64,000 nt of DNA from Raillietiella orientalis (Eukaryota). Below the pieces are notes generated by a model. It worked only from the letters and a program-made list of their open reading frames with translations, made no database searches and was not told the origin of the DNA. Within the stretch, counting starts at the first letter, position 1; each line of letters starts with the position of its first letter. The stretch spans positions 11,532,001-11,596,000 of the forward strand of contig JAYWIR010000001.1 of NCBI GenBank assembly GCA_036172245.1, in the 5' to 3' direction. Shown here piece by piece: positions 10,490-23,089 of this stretch. The translations under genes and the position numbers were made by a program.

Positions 10490-12400
10490 AGAATACAATG
10501 GAGTCCGGCTACTGCTGTTGCTGGCGCACATGGCGAAAATTGTTCACTTTGTTGCCAGTCTGCTGCCTACTTGAGTCGACAGCACATTGTCCACCGACTC
10601 ATGAAGCATTTGGGACGAAATGGCCAGCTGCACTTTGCTAGCACCACTCTTCACAGTACAGTGGAATGGATGGTGAGAGCATGCATGGCGTGCACAGTCA
10701 CAAAGAGATGGAAAGCTCATTCTGCTAACAGCACAATCTCAAATTCGGAGTTGTCCACCTCCTCTTTGGGAAGCACCTAATCGCTGCTCTTGATGCACAC
10801 TGCTCTTCCAGCAACAACCAGTTATCAACGAAGTGCTTCTCCGCAATCTCCAAACCAACTCCAGCCCACTGACAACGTACTGCATGCTGCATGGAGGGCG
10901 CACCCGAATACGCAATCTTCGAATTCCACGTTGCCATGAAGCAAAAGATGATGCGCAAGCTGGTCCAAAACTCTCAAACAAACGCCTAGTACAATCTAGA
11001 GAAACTTCTACACCACAAAACTAGCTTGGTCCAGTGCTTTGTCATATGCGAGTCGGCATCCCAAAATTGCACTTTGACTGGAGCACTTTGACTCCTTGTG
11101 GAGTATGTTACCTGCATATGGTTAGTTCCAGATTGAAAAATGCTTGGATCTGCTTGCACTACAGGCAGACAGCACACAAATAAACTGGCCATCAGAACAT
11201 GTGCACTATTTCTTGGAATGTCCCAAACAGCCAGATGAGGTCTTGCATTGAAGACCTGCGTCTTTAACACAAGACCTCATCTCAACCACAACCGGCAGTA
11301 AGATATCTTGTTTGTCAGATTATCTTGCAGTGAGATATCTTTTGCCCATGAATGGTCACCTACAAAATCATCACTGTACACTACAGCTTTCGCCGTCTTG
11401 CTTCAAGACATTTTGGTGGCATGCAGATCCAAATGAAGATCAGCCAATTTCGCACTTTACACTCATTGGACACGCTGTACAGCAGCTGGATCTCCGAATA
11501 CATGCTTTCATGTAAAGGACCCACCATGTGCACATGGTAAATTTGAATCAACTTTGGTAAGAACTCATTATTCTGCATGCACTGAAATTGATCAGAGATT
11601 TCCTCAACCTGAGGTGACCAGTGAGGAGATTATTCAATGCAATGCTTTCCAGAGACCATCATTCCAGACTGGATGGGCTGAATCCATTCTTCTTCAGCAG
11701 GAAAAAAACAGACAAGTTTGAAAACTACAGGATGTTTCTGGAATGAATTTAAATTTTTTATTGTAACATGCACACATTTGCTCATGCCAACATAGCACCC
11801 TGTTGCAGATTCATCACATCAGAAGATTACTGGAGAATGCTGCAAACTTGATAACAAAAATCTGTTTATACACAGAGCAAGAATTGCAATCAACGAGAAC
11901 TGTTCTTTTTATTTTCGTAGTTGATGCACAGTATTAAGATTGCCATCTTTTCACTTGCCAATGAAAGATGCAAACATGGAACCGATAGAAAACTATCGGC
12001 ATTACTATGATGACGTTTCCAAAAATGCCTGTTGGTGCACAGAAGCTTACATGTCAGTAATATATGCACAGGCTTGAGTATCTGAAACAAGTCCATTTCA
12101 TAGGTTGTTCTATGTGATTGTGGTAAAACACAGTGGCACTCAGAAACATTGGCATGGAAAGGATTCACAAGCATGTAAAGATGCACTGGCATCTACAAAG
12201 AATGACCTGTTCACGTGCTTGTTACAAGGACTCCGCAGAACTTTATTCCATTCCCGAAACCCGGCAACTACATCTTGAATGCAATTACAAATGTGATCTC
12301 CTATTTTATCTTGAAAAGGCATTCTTCATCTAAGAAACAAAATGCCCTACATAAACTAATTCGCTCTAGCCAACTGCACCAAAAACGCCCATACAAAAGA
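10490..12400 (+). mobile_element. Decayed P-element/THAP9-type transposase with possible N-terminal THAP remnant
   Basis: Ordered remnants: CFVICESASQNC (11035; ~VxCDxxxxN), VHYFLECPK (11201; ~YFxDxPHLxK), YKIITVH and QMKISQ (~KLTxxH, KMxV), RPSFQTGWAESILL (11653; ~PxxxGWxxTI), LLEN (~QDxLEN), ACKDAL. Many stops and frameshifts. Confidence 0.55.
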
Positions 12401-13689
12401 AATCATTACACTTTTACACCAAATTAAACATCCAAATACATCTGTTGTGCATGACATATGGTGTCATGCTACTGTGTCTACAGAAATTTAGAAACTCCCA
12501 AACGAAGTTTTCATAACGCTTCAATGAAAACACACTTGCAATGAATTCCTGGAAATTCATGCCAAAGAGAATGTGAAAACATGTCTCACTCTGAATAATA
12601 AAGAAGCTCTCTTGAATACATCTAATGCTCGGTCTTAAAGCTTTACCTCGAATCAGACAAAACTACTGCCTAGTTTACACTGATTCTACTGCATCCCATA
12701 CCATCATTGGGTCAGAAGGGAGAAATCCTTGAACTTCTGGTCGGCAACATTAATCCTACATAAGTTTCACGGCAAGGAATTCTAATAAATAGCTCACCAT
12801 GGATTATCCGCGTGCAGATAACTGAGCACATTGCTGATGAGTTTTGGATTGTAATCATAATCAGTAAGGTCCGGAAATCCTTCTGAATGAGAGGATACAT
12901 CTGGAAGAGATATGGATGATATCTCTTAAGCCACCAGATATTGAGACCGAACCTAAATGAAGTGCATATTTAATAGGTTTCCTTATTTTTGTATTGAAAA
13001 TGGATGTCATAAATCCATTTCATTTTTTCGCATTTCCATTGATAGTTCACGGATGGTAGCAAAAAAGATGTTTCTTCCAATTACTAAACATTTTTTTACA
13101 TCAAAATTTGCATTCCGTTTTTTACACTACAGCTTCTTTTATACTACTACGACTTCTTCAAAATGATAGTGTTTTGTTTTTTTTTAGATGCATAAAGACT
13201 ACGAAAGCAAAACTTCTTGGAACCGTCACCCCTTCTGTGCTACCATTTAGATCCTCTGTTTTTCAGGTTCAGTTTTGACAGTGCCCTTAACCTGATGACC
13301 AATTAAATAACAAAGGTAAGTTCAGTAACTGATAAGGTAATTGCAATGTACTTAAACTTGATCGACCGCATGTTCCATAATTTAACATAATGTGAAATTA
13401 CAGCAGTTACAGAACCCGTAGTTCTTGCACATGGAAATAATACTGTGAGCATCGTTGCCTGGAGCTCTCCTCGTTAAACTTTTATTCATTATTTTAAAGA
13501 AACATACTAACAATCCGAGATGAGAAGACCAAGCTGGGTCATTTATTCATCAAACATAGACATACACGTTAGTACCGCATAATGCAGAATACCGTTGTTT
13601 ACAGGAGGGGAATACTGTCGGACGCCCACTTCGTTCGAAGGGAAGAGGTCAATAAATAATTGAAAATACATATGGAGGAGGAGGCAGAG

Positions 13690-14050
13690 TCACCCAGTCC
13701 TTCTGACCAGGCCCTCAGTGCTTGAGCAAAGGGGGCGATGTCTTCCCCCGCTGTTTGACTCAGCCGATGTCACCTGGCTGCTCTTAAAATGAGGATGTCG
13801 TCTCCTTTGGGGGAGCTCCGCCGCGAGTTCAGCCGCCTTGACGCCGCGCGGATGCACCTCAAGGTGACAGAGACGGTCTCCGCGGGAGCAGGAAAAGTCC
13901 ATCTCGGAAGAAAGGAAACACCCCGTGGTGCCTGCGAGCGACGTCCGGGTGGGAGAGAGCCCTTACCGCGCATTTCTGGCCCGAACGAAGGGCACTGGAA
14001 TCCAGTAGAAGGTTCAGGATGAATCTCTGAGATCGCAGACCTAGCGTAGC
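13690..14050 (-). mobile_element. L1/Tx1 RT C-terminal fragment
   Basis: RRLNSRRSSPKGDDILILRA resembles the L1 WxxRxLSxxGRxxLI motif. Confidence 0.35.
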
Positions 14051-14103
14051 CCAGGAGAACTTCTTTCCCCTTACTTCAGGTGCCGACCATTAGCCCTGGG
14101 AAC

Positions 14104-14324
14104 ACATACGTAACCGAGTGGCGAGGATGCCAGCTGGGAAATATGAAATCCCAAGAAATCCTTGCCTTCGTCAGCTTTCATGCGAGCAGCCAGTGTTTCC
14201 TGGGCTCCACTTCATGGTTTCAGCGTGGCCTGCAACCCTTACCAAACCCTTACTTGTCGACTGGGAGAACACTGTGCGAATGGTGGGGAAACCCTTCCAT
14301 CGTTCTTCTCATGTGTCCCCGAAC
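14104..14324 (+). repeat. Left arm of 221-bp inverted repeat (IR1)
   Basis: Reverse complement of 15230-15450 with one mismatch (14248). Weaker similarity extends out to about 14058/15503. Confidence 0.95.
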
Positions 14325-15229
14325 GTTGCAGGACATCGTGTCCAAACGGTCCTTGATACTCGGTCCTCTTCAGTAGATTCACTGTGGCATTTGATCCACG
14401 GCAAATGGTTCTTCAAATTAGGACCTATCAAAAGCATCCACGAGCATATGTGGTCCATAGTGTGTTAATAATACAAGCATTGAATTTTATAAAAGTTTAT
14501 TTATGTAATTTTTATTGAAATTCACAACGAATTTCGGTTTCAACTTTATTCTTCCTCTTCCTCGTCATTAAGTTGAGCAGTTTGCTCTCGAGTGTATATC
14601 GACCTGATTGCTAGCGTTATATTTGTTACATGTGCTAAGAATCCCGGTTATGTGTGTTTGATTTTGTCCGTATCATCGAGAAGCTGGTAGCCGCATCTGA
14701 GTGTGACATCCAAGGATCTGTCGTAGCTGTCGAGAACGTGGGCGTTGAGTTGCCGTGGTTTTGTTGTTTTCCTTTTAACACTTCCATAAATCTCTGGATA
14801 CAAGGATGATGAACTTTCATCAGCTTTTAAAATTTGCATACCATCGTGCCACTGCGTTGTTTGTCTTGTGACAGCCGTTCACTACTGATGTACCTTGCAG
14901 CTTCTGCCTCTGTGACGCCCTCCACGGACGTACGCCTTTCCACATAGTCCATCAGTCCATCCATTTTCTACAATGTACTCAGAAGTTTCATTTACAGCTT
15001 CCAAAGGATTATGATTGCTAATAGAGCTACAACACAATGACTGGACTAAAAAAACGTGTCATCTGTTGATATTTTCGAAACCAAAAGTATTAGTAAACAT
15101 TGTGGACTATTGTAACCCAAGGACACTTTCTGAGCGCAGGCGTCTCAGACGGGATCAAATGTCAAGAACTTTTTGGAGTGGACCACATGTTTCGGTGGTC
15201 CTTTTTGACAGGTCCAAATGTCTTGTAAT
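14325..15229 (-). mobile_element. Internally deleted Mutator-like (MULE) element remnant
   Basis: Minus-strand MDGLMDYVE (~14964), HKTNNAVARWYANFK and HHPCIQRFMEVLKGKQ match MULE transposase C-terminal motifs (DYFE, RTNNxxExWH, HPxIWxFIxxLKxEQ). Both ends carry GGAC/GTCC-rich subrepeats. Confidence 0.65.
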
Positions 15230-15450
15230 GTTCGGGGACACATGAGAAGAACGATGGAAGGGTTTCCCCACCATTCGCACAGTGTTCTCCCAGTCGACAA
15301 GTAAGAGTTTGGTAAGGGTTGCAGGCCACGCTGAAACCATGAAGTGGAGCCCAGGAAACACTGGCTGCTCGCATGAAAGCTGACGAAGGCAAGGATTTCT
15401 TGGGATTTCATATTTCCCAGCTGGCATCCTCGCCACTCGGTTACGTATGT
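15230..15450 (-). repeat. Right arm of IR1
   Basis: Reverse complement of 14104-14324; the mirrored ORFs in the track are identical except at one site. Confidence 0.95.
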
Positions 15451-16699
15451 CGTCCCAGGGCTTATGCGCTAATCAAAGCACCTGAAGGAAGGGAGGAGAA
15501 GTTTGCCGTGGACCGAACGCCTCAGTGGACCTTTTGGATGGAACCAAACATCCGCGAGTCATCTCTCGACTTTTCCCCTCAAAGATGATCTTTTTCATGC
15601 TTTTGTGCAGCATGTATTCTAACCGAATGCAGTTCTTCTAAAGTAGGCACTAAACGATGCCATCTAGAGATGCACGGGACAAATTAATGATTGGGATGCA
15701 TGCACCCACAGACGCCGTAGGGCTAGAGCATTACTTTAGGGGGAATGCCTGCGTCTGGAATCGTATACCCGCGAATGTTTTATGCACGACATTGCTTTAT
15801 GAAATCCACATCTGTTTAAGTTAACAGCAAGGGCGAAGCAGTGCTTTTCCCCGCTGCTTCCAGGCACACGTCCCAATCTCCTGCTTCTCCTCCGCTGGTG
15901 AGGGTCGCACCACCTTGCGAGGTGCGTCAAAGGCAACGTTTTGAACGACGCGGAGTTTCTTCCCTGAATGCCCACAACGCAGCACGCGTGCGCACCCGCA
16001 CGCAATGATTCGAAAAACACCGCGATGCTCAAAGGTCAACGCGACCGTCTAAAAGTTTCCTTTTCGCCACCGCATTTCCAGATAAGCAATTGTTTTTTTT
16101 TCGAGGAGTTTGAAAATGATACGGGATTTTAGGAATCTGGCGACAGAGTGCTGTGCCTGGGATCCTACATGCTTCTGTGTGCGGCGCTACATCCGTTTCA
16201 CCTCGCGGATCTCACTGGGGTTCCCTAAGGTGATCTCTGAGATGAGTAAGATGATCTCGAGAGAGGAAGAAGGCTTTTAAGATCACGGTGCCTGGGATCA
16301 GCATCAGGATGCGTGGTCATTTCGGAATGGTCATTTTTATTATTATTATCAAAGGAGAAACATTCAGAGAAGTCTCTAAAGGCACCGCAACCAACCACAC
16401 CATGCAAGCAGTCCTGTGGTGCAGGTAGCAACCTTGGGTTCTCCGTAAAGTGTTGCACCACAGATACGCAATGTTATCGTTGCCACTGAACTTTCAGGTT
16501 GACCTCGGTCACCGCTACCCTTGATGCTTCGTTCAACTCACATGAAGCCAAGCTCTTCTTCCTTGTTCTTGCTGATGATGACGCCTAAAGAAAGGAAAAA
16601 AAAATGGAAACTGTGCGGACCTGTGAAATTCCTCTGGTTGGGTACACGCTAACGATGGTTGCTGCCAAGCGCTCGCCGTGCTCCTCAGAGCTTCAACGA

Positions 16700-17320
16700 A
16701 GATGGCCGCGGTTACCGCGCTACTCGCTGCGCAAGGCTTTCGGTGGAACAGCGTGAAGGAAGCAGTTTGGTGGCGAGCAGCCTCAGAATGCGAGATGGAA
16801 CGAACCTTGGCTCCCGAAGTGACGCTAAGCGGCGGACAGGAGCAGCAAATGGAAGCGAAAGTTTCCACCACCTTCCTCTCCAGCTCCTCTTGCGATCCCG
16901 AGGGGTCCTCTTCTACGAGCCGGTGACCCAACCGATGCTTCCGGCTGATGTCCGGCAACGCTGCACGCTCGAGCTTGCCCCTTCCTTCCCGACGCGTTCC
17001 CTGCCTGCCTCGCGGGCAGTCTTCCCGTCCTCCCGGAACTGCACCGCCTCCCGCAGTCTTCCACGAGCCTCGCCCGCCCTGCCTCCTCCGGCGCCGTGCA
17101 TGCGCGCCGACCCGACCACTTTCCTTCGCCCCGCCGCTCTCTCGGGCTTCGAACCCGCGTTCGCGGGACGGTACCTGTTTGTCGACGGCCCCCAGCGACG
17201 CGGGGCAGCCCTCCTGACCAGGAGCTCGGAGTTCGCCGCGCACGCCTCCGTGACCGGCCGCCGACGCACCGATCGGCGAGGATCCGAACCGTTCCCGGTG
17301 GTTTCCGGCGGTCGCGTGAG
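16700..17320 (+). mobile_element. I/R1-like non-LTR remnant (RT C-terminus and start of RNase H)
   Basis: RYLFVDGPQRRGAALL resembles RNase H motif I (YTDGS...GAA). A GAxxTSP-like segment lies upstream in an alternate frame. Confidence 0.35.
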
Positions 17321-17328
17321 CAACAACC

Positions 17329-17558
17329 AGAAGAAGAACAAGACCAACAACTGGAAGAAGAAAAAGTACAGGATGGAGAACAAGAGTTGGCAAGGTTGGC
17401 AACCCTGCTCTCTCTTAAACCAGCAATCCTTAATTGGCCGCCACTTTAACCGCATAGGTTGGTCGTTCTCCTCCTCTTTTGTCTGCGTGGTGACCCCGGG
17501 TCTGCGGTCACGCGCCCGACGCTCACGCACTCCAAGAAACGGCTGGTGAGTGGCGGCA
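17329..17558 (+). repeat. Left arm of 230-bp inverted repeat (IR2)
   Basis: Reverse complement of 18271-18500 with 8 substitutions and no indels (counted by eye). Confidence 0.95.
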
Positions 17559-17579
17559 GCGACTCGTCCACGTGGTTCG

Positions 17580-17900
17580 ACTCGTCCAGCTCTCCTCTTG
17601 TCCGCGTTGCTTCCTCGATCCGCCGTCCACCTGCGAACCGAGGCTGCTCGCCGCGGAACAGGAAATGCCCCGGAGCACGACGATGCTGCCCGATGCAGGA
17701 CGTGGCCTTCCCTTGGCTCGCGTCGTGCCCGGAGGCCAGGCACGTTTGTGAGCGCCTCGAGGTCGTTTCCTTTTCCGTGCGCGCGCCCCATGCCGGGAAG
17801 TCGTCGGGGGCTCTCCCTCCCTGTCGGTCCTTGCAGGAGCCCCGAACGGTGCTGCTCCGCTTCCCGGACGCGCGATCCCCCAGATCTTCATGCGTTGGCG
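17580..17900 (-). mobile_element. Tx1-like ORF1 remnant inside IR2
   Basis: TSCIGQHRRAPGHFLFRGEQPRF resembles Tx1 ORF1 ...YxGQP. Homologous to AASGQHRASGQFLFDGGP near 42500. Confidence 0.35.
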
Positions 17901-18270
17901 GCGCCTGTGGCCAGCTTCCCTTTCGCCACCGCACGCAATGCCCTTTGAGATGCCGGTCGCGAGCTACCGTATGCGGAGAGGTCAATACTTGAAGTCACCG
18001 TGCACTGCCTATGCAAATGGGGGGCGAAAAGACTGCTCTTCTCTAAACATGGCGTCTCAGTTGCTGCAGGTGGACGCGTAACCGGCCGAGTGCAGGATGG
18101 TACCGCAAGAAATCCTTTCCTGGCATTCGGCTGCACGACATGCTCTGGAGGAAGCGCGGCGGGACTGGTCATTTCCTTCTGCGCAGCGCCTTCCGACCTT
18201 CCATCTCGCGGCGTTTCTCGCAAAGAATTTCATTTTCAGGCAACACCGCGTTGGATGCAGGAACAGGCGA

Positions 18271-18500
18271 TGCCGCCACTCACCAGCCGTTTCTTGGAAA
18301 GCGTGAGCTTCGGGCGCGTTACCGCAGACCCGGGGTCACCACGCGGACAAGAGAGGAGGAAAACGACCAACCTATGCGGTTAAAGTGGCGGCCAATTAAG
18401 GATTGCTGCTTTAAGAGAGAGCAGGGTTGCCAACCTTGCCAACTCTTGTTCTCCATCCTGTACTTTTTCTTCTTCCAGTTGTTGGTCTTGTTCTTCTTCT
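18271..18500 (-). repeat. Right arm of IR2
   Basis: Reverse complement of 17329-17558. Confidence 0.95.
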
Positions 18501-18559
18501 TCTTGTTCTTGGTGGTGGTGGTGGTGCTCTCATCCCCCCTACTCCCACCTCATGAAGGA

Positions 18560-18850
18560 ACGTTGCCCCTTTTGTAGGGAACGCTCCAGTGTGAACAGAT
18601 AAGAAGCCCTCTCTTCCGGAAAGTGGAGACGTCCAGAGTGCCGCTAGCTTTTGTCGTCCCTACAGCGCAGGGAGAGGAAGGGGTGGAGGAACTTGTCACC
18701 CTTCCAGCTCTTCAGGGGGCTCCGTCCCTCGCCCTACCCTCCGAAGGACTTACGGAGAGCTCGTGCCACTGCATGCAGCCGGCAGGGCCCGGTGACCTCG
18801 CTCCACCCTGGGGTACTGCTGGCCGCTCCTCCGCGCAGCCCCTTCCCCCC
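18560..18850 (+). mobile_element. L1/Tx1 RT N-terminal fragment
   Basis: FRKVETSRVPLAF followed by ERKGWRNLSPFQLF (~LPxS...KG...NWRPISLL). Confidence 0.35.
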
Positions 18851-21800
18851 CCTCCCTTCGAGAGGGAGGAGAGAGCGCGAGGAGGAAGACCGAGGAAGCT
18901 CGGGGACACCCGACGCCCTCTCCGCCCGCTTCAGTGCAGCACCCGCCTTCCGGGGTCCGCAGAGAGAGGAGAGCGGAGGCTGCGGAGACACCCGGCGTCC
19001 TTGCAGCTTCCTCTCATCCGAAGGCGAGCGCCGTCGAGAGAGCGAAGGGGGAGAGCGGCAGGCGGTGGGAGAGGATGGCGCGCAAGGCTGCCGCGGGGGA
19101 AGAGGGAGGACTGGCAAAAGGGAGAAGGATCGTCTCGCCGCCGCCGCGGCGATCGCAGCGCCGCAGCGACAGCAGTAAGCAGGGCGTTGGGTAGGAGAAG
19201 GCGGGAGACGGGGAAGCGACCACCCAACCTCCTCTCTGCGCCTTTCTTTCGCGCCGGGACGCTCGTGGGTTCGTCGACCGGCCAAGCGGTATTCGCGCGA
19301 GAGTCGACCTCCAGGCGAGGTCGCTGAGCGAGTGCTCCTGGAAGGGCACGTCCGCGGAAGAAAGGGAGGAAGAGGTAAAGCCTCCGGCTGGGAGCGCGGG
19401 CGATCCGCGCGCCCTCACTGCTGAGCGGCGGTGTGTGCAACTACCGTTCCGCTTCTCCGGGGGGCGCGCAGGACGGCCGGGGTGCGCCAAGGTTCAGTCC
19501 GGTCAGCTGGCGGCGAAGGTCCCTACCGGACTGCCGCGAGAGAATCTTTGAGATCGCTCTTGCCTACCCAGCCACACTCGCCTGACCTCAGGAGCGAGTT
19601 AGCTGCAGCGAAGGTCCCCACCTGAGGGCTACTGCTCCCGGCTCTCCGCAGCCTCCAGGACCTGGAAGTGCCCCCCACCCCACCTTCCAGAGGACTTAGG
19701 GGGTGGCGCGAGCCGTTCAGAAGGTCGAGGGTTCGAATCCGACCAGCCCTCGGATCGCCGCCCCTTCGGCCGTGCCTGCGCCTCCGCCACCCTTCGGGAA
19801 GCGTCCCGAGCGCTCCCCTGACTCCCCTTCCCTTTCGTTCCGCGCGGACAACCGCGCGTAGGAAGGTGGGTTCGTGCCGGGGCACTCTCGAGCGAGGTCG
19901 GGGTCAGGGAACCTCCCGTCGCGCAGAAGGCGTCCTCCCTCCTCGGGAGGCAGCCGATCGGGAGAGGCCGTCCGTCACGCCAGTTTCCCGTTGCGCGGCA
20001 ACGGCAGAAAGCCCACGCCTCCGCGGCCACTGTCGGCCCCTTGCTGTCACCCCGCAGGCCGCGCGGGATTTCTCGAGTTCCCGGCCCTCTCCTCGCGCGG
20101 GAAGCAGCCAGCACCCACGTGGCGGAGACAGGAGGCAGCGCAGCTACACGTGCTCTCGTCCCCCTCCCCTGTGCCCCTTCATCCGCTCTGCACCACCTGA
20201 GGGGAGGGCGGGGCGGGAAGGACAACCCGCTGCAGTGTGAGGAGGGTCCGAGCCTCAACGTCGTCGTCCAGCAGCGTGCCTCGGCGCCGTGAGGTGGTGG
20301 GAAGTCGACGCTGCGAAGAAAGTGAAGGGGAAGTCCCTCTACCCTCTCTACCCTTTTTTTTCCTTGCATCCCTTTTTTCGCCAGGCATTCAGCCTCGCCT
20401 GGTGGTTTGCCAAGGAGGTGCGCACCGCCGCCAAGCTCCCGTCAAGGATGCTCCTTCCCGAAAAACTGGACGCGGGAGCGCCTGACAAATCTCGGGATGG
20501 TCAGTTCCCCGGGACGTGTTCTCCTCCCCCCTGTCGATCCCTCCTCCTTCGCGTACCGCCGGGCAGGGGAAACCGAAAGGAGAACGCCGGCAGAGGAGCA
20601 GTCTCGGTTGGCGATCTCCCCGCTAGATGTCAGGGGGAGTCCGCAGAATCCTCGAGGCGCCGTTTCCCTCCCGCAGGCGCTGCTGCCCTCTCCATTTCTT
20701 CTATGCTTCCGCGCCGGGTAGGAGGGAGCAAGAAGAGGGGGAAGGGGGCGTAATAGGCGTGGTCGGGTGCTTTTGTGCCCGGATCCGAGCCCGGGAAGGA
20801 CGTGAGGGGCAGGAGAGAGAGAGAGAGAACGTGCTGGGTAGCATTCAGATCGACACTAAGGAGGGGCGACCCTTGCCCCGGGCCGCGACTGCCGCTGTCG
20901 GTGGACGCCCTCCCACTGCCAGGCGGGGCAGCGGCAGTGGCGGCAGAAGGTAGGGCTGAGAAAGGCGCGCGCGCTCGCGGCCTGCGTGTCGAATGGACTC
21001 GAATGGGGCGCGTCCGGAGCGAGCAAATCGAGCGCTATGGCGCAGGGCGTGCGAGGGAGCGGGACGACCCCAAAGTTCTCCCTGGGGCAGGGGCTCGTCG
21101 CCGCTCCCTCGGAGGTGCAGTTAGCCTCCGCATGAGGGCAGCTAGGAACTCGCATCCTCTTCCGCCCCCCCCCTCTTGCAGCGCCAGTAAACGCATGCGA
21201 GTGAGGGAAAGAAAAAAAAAACAATCGTGAGCTTTTTGTGGTTGTTTTTGGGGGATGCGAGTGCATTCGCTCGGTACCCCCTCCTCCCCCCCCCACGCGT
21301 GCGTCCGCACGAAACGCCCGCACCACGGCACGCACGCGCGATCCCGCACCCTCGAACGCACCTTCCGGAGTGCCAACCCCCGCAAACGTACCCCGCGCGT
21401 GACACGGACTGCGCGCGTACGTACCCCGGAAGGTGCGCGCGAGCAGGCAATTTCCGGGAGAACTCGGGGACCCCGTGCCATCTATACACGCACGCAACAA
21501 CAGAAGTCCGACGCGCGAGTTGACCTGCGTGTGAGCAAGCGCAGGTCGGTTGCCTGGAGACGGCGGGACGCCAGCGCGCCACCAAGGCGAATCCCGCGTA
21601 CCCGGAGCTCCTCCTGCCCTCGGGCGACAGCAACCTGCGGGCTCTCCGGCAGCGGTTTGGGCGGAGGACGGCAAGACGGGCGCCCTGCTGCCCGCCCGTT
21701 ATCGCCATCCCGCGCGCGCGCCTCTCCGGGCCGCTGACAACTTCAAGGACGCCCTCGTTAATGACGCGGACGGGAATCCCGCGCTCCGCTAATGGTAATT

Positions 21801-23045
21801 GCAGGTCGCTTAGGAACCGGCGATGACGCGCCGCGCCTTCCCCCCCCCCCCCTTTCCTCCACACTGCCGCTTCTCGGCCGAACTGCCCGCGGAAACCACG
21901 GCGATGCCGACCGCGGCGAGCTCGCGCTTGCGAGACGAGGAGGAAGCAGGGTGGCGGAAGAGGAAGGGATGGGGGAAGGGAAGGAAACGGAAGAGGAAAA
22001 ACTCCGGCAGCCATCCGGCCGGCCGAGAGCCCCCGTCCAAAAGCGACGCGCGCGCGCGTTCGGATGCCTCCCGAGCGCCCGAGACATCGCGTCTGGCAGC
22101 TGGGAAGAGGGGGGGATCGTCCCGCCGCCACGTGGCGGGAAGCCGGCAGCGGGACGGAGGCTCCGGAGCCCGCGCCGGGTACCCTTGACTCGGGAAACGT
22201 CCCACGCACTTTCCTTCCTTCCTCCCGGACGAAACCTTCGCTTCCTTCCTCCGGCGCAAGCGTCCCCACGGCAACTGGGCAAGGGGCTCCGACCGGTCGC
22301 AGGAGCGCGCCAGAGTTCGCACCTGGAAGGGGCTGACTTGATCCCCCCCTCCCGTTCCCATTTCCCCTCGGTCCAGCCGCTGCTAGCCGCACGGGAACGC
22401 GAGAGTGCCCTGACATCTAGTGGGGAGATCGCCAAGCAAGAAGCTAAGCGCAGGCCGGTTGCAGACGCTTCCTCCGGAGTCTCGCAGAACGGGAAGAGAC
22501 AGAGGAGAGGGGGGGGGGGAAGGGGTCCCAGTGTGCGCGGGGGAGTTAGAAGTAGAGCACTACGTTCCCGTGAGCAGTAAGGAAGCGCGAAGGGCGCTCC
22601 CCGGTGCCTGGAGTTCGAACCCAAGGCGTCGGCGTTGGCTGCCCTCTACCGGCGCGCAAGCACAAAAAAGAAAAAACACCATCTTAGGAAGCAAAAAAAG
22701 AGATAGGGAGAGAGAAGACGGAGAGCGCACGCGTGCGCTCGAGTCTGGAGGCGCACGCACGCCCCTGGCTTGAGGCCCTAACGGTCACGTGACGGCACGA
22801 AACATCTGCGCCGAGCTACCCAAGCCGACGGTGAGCGCGAGCATTCGCTCGCTCGCAACTCCTCGGGCCCGCGGTGGGTGGGTCGGCCGCTTGGCAACGG
22901 AAGCAGCGCCACTCCACCGCTGCCGTCACCCGAGCGATGCGTCGTGACCTTTCTCGCGCGCGCTTTTTCCTGCGCACGTTCCCGGAATCCGGTGCGGAGC
23001 GGAGCGCTGACAGCCGGGCAAAAGCCGAAAAAAGCACGTCAGCAC

Positions 23046-23089
23046 TGCATGCATGCGTGCATGCGTGCGTGCGTGCGTGCGTGCGTGCG
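23046..23089. repeat. (TGCG/TGCA)n microsatellite
   Basis: Read directly. Similar tracts at about 26625 and 62617. Confidence 0.85.

Noticed and set aside
10469-10650. RING-H2 E3 ligase gene (DACAICR...HCP)
   Set aside because: Needs frameshifts and lacks several ligands. Its position upstream of the P-type transposase makes a decayed THAP finger at least as likely.
19700-19750. tRNA gene (B-box GGTTCGAATCC at 19730)
   Set aside because: No cloverleaf or anticodon arm. At most a decayed SINE head; the same applies near 22612 and 63336.
21871-21882. U2 snRNA 5' end (CGCTTCTCGGCC) as a Tx1 target
   Set aside because: Only about 12 nt match and the similarity does not continue.
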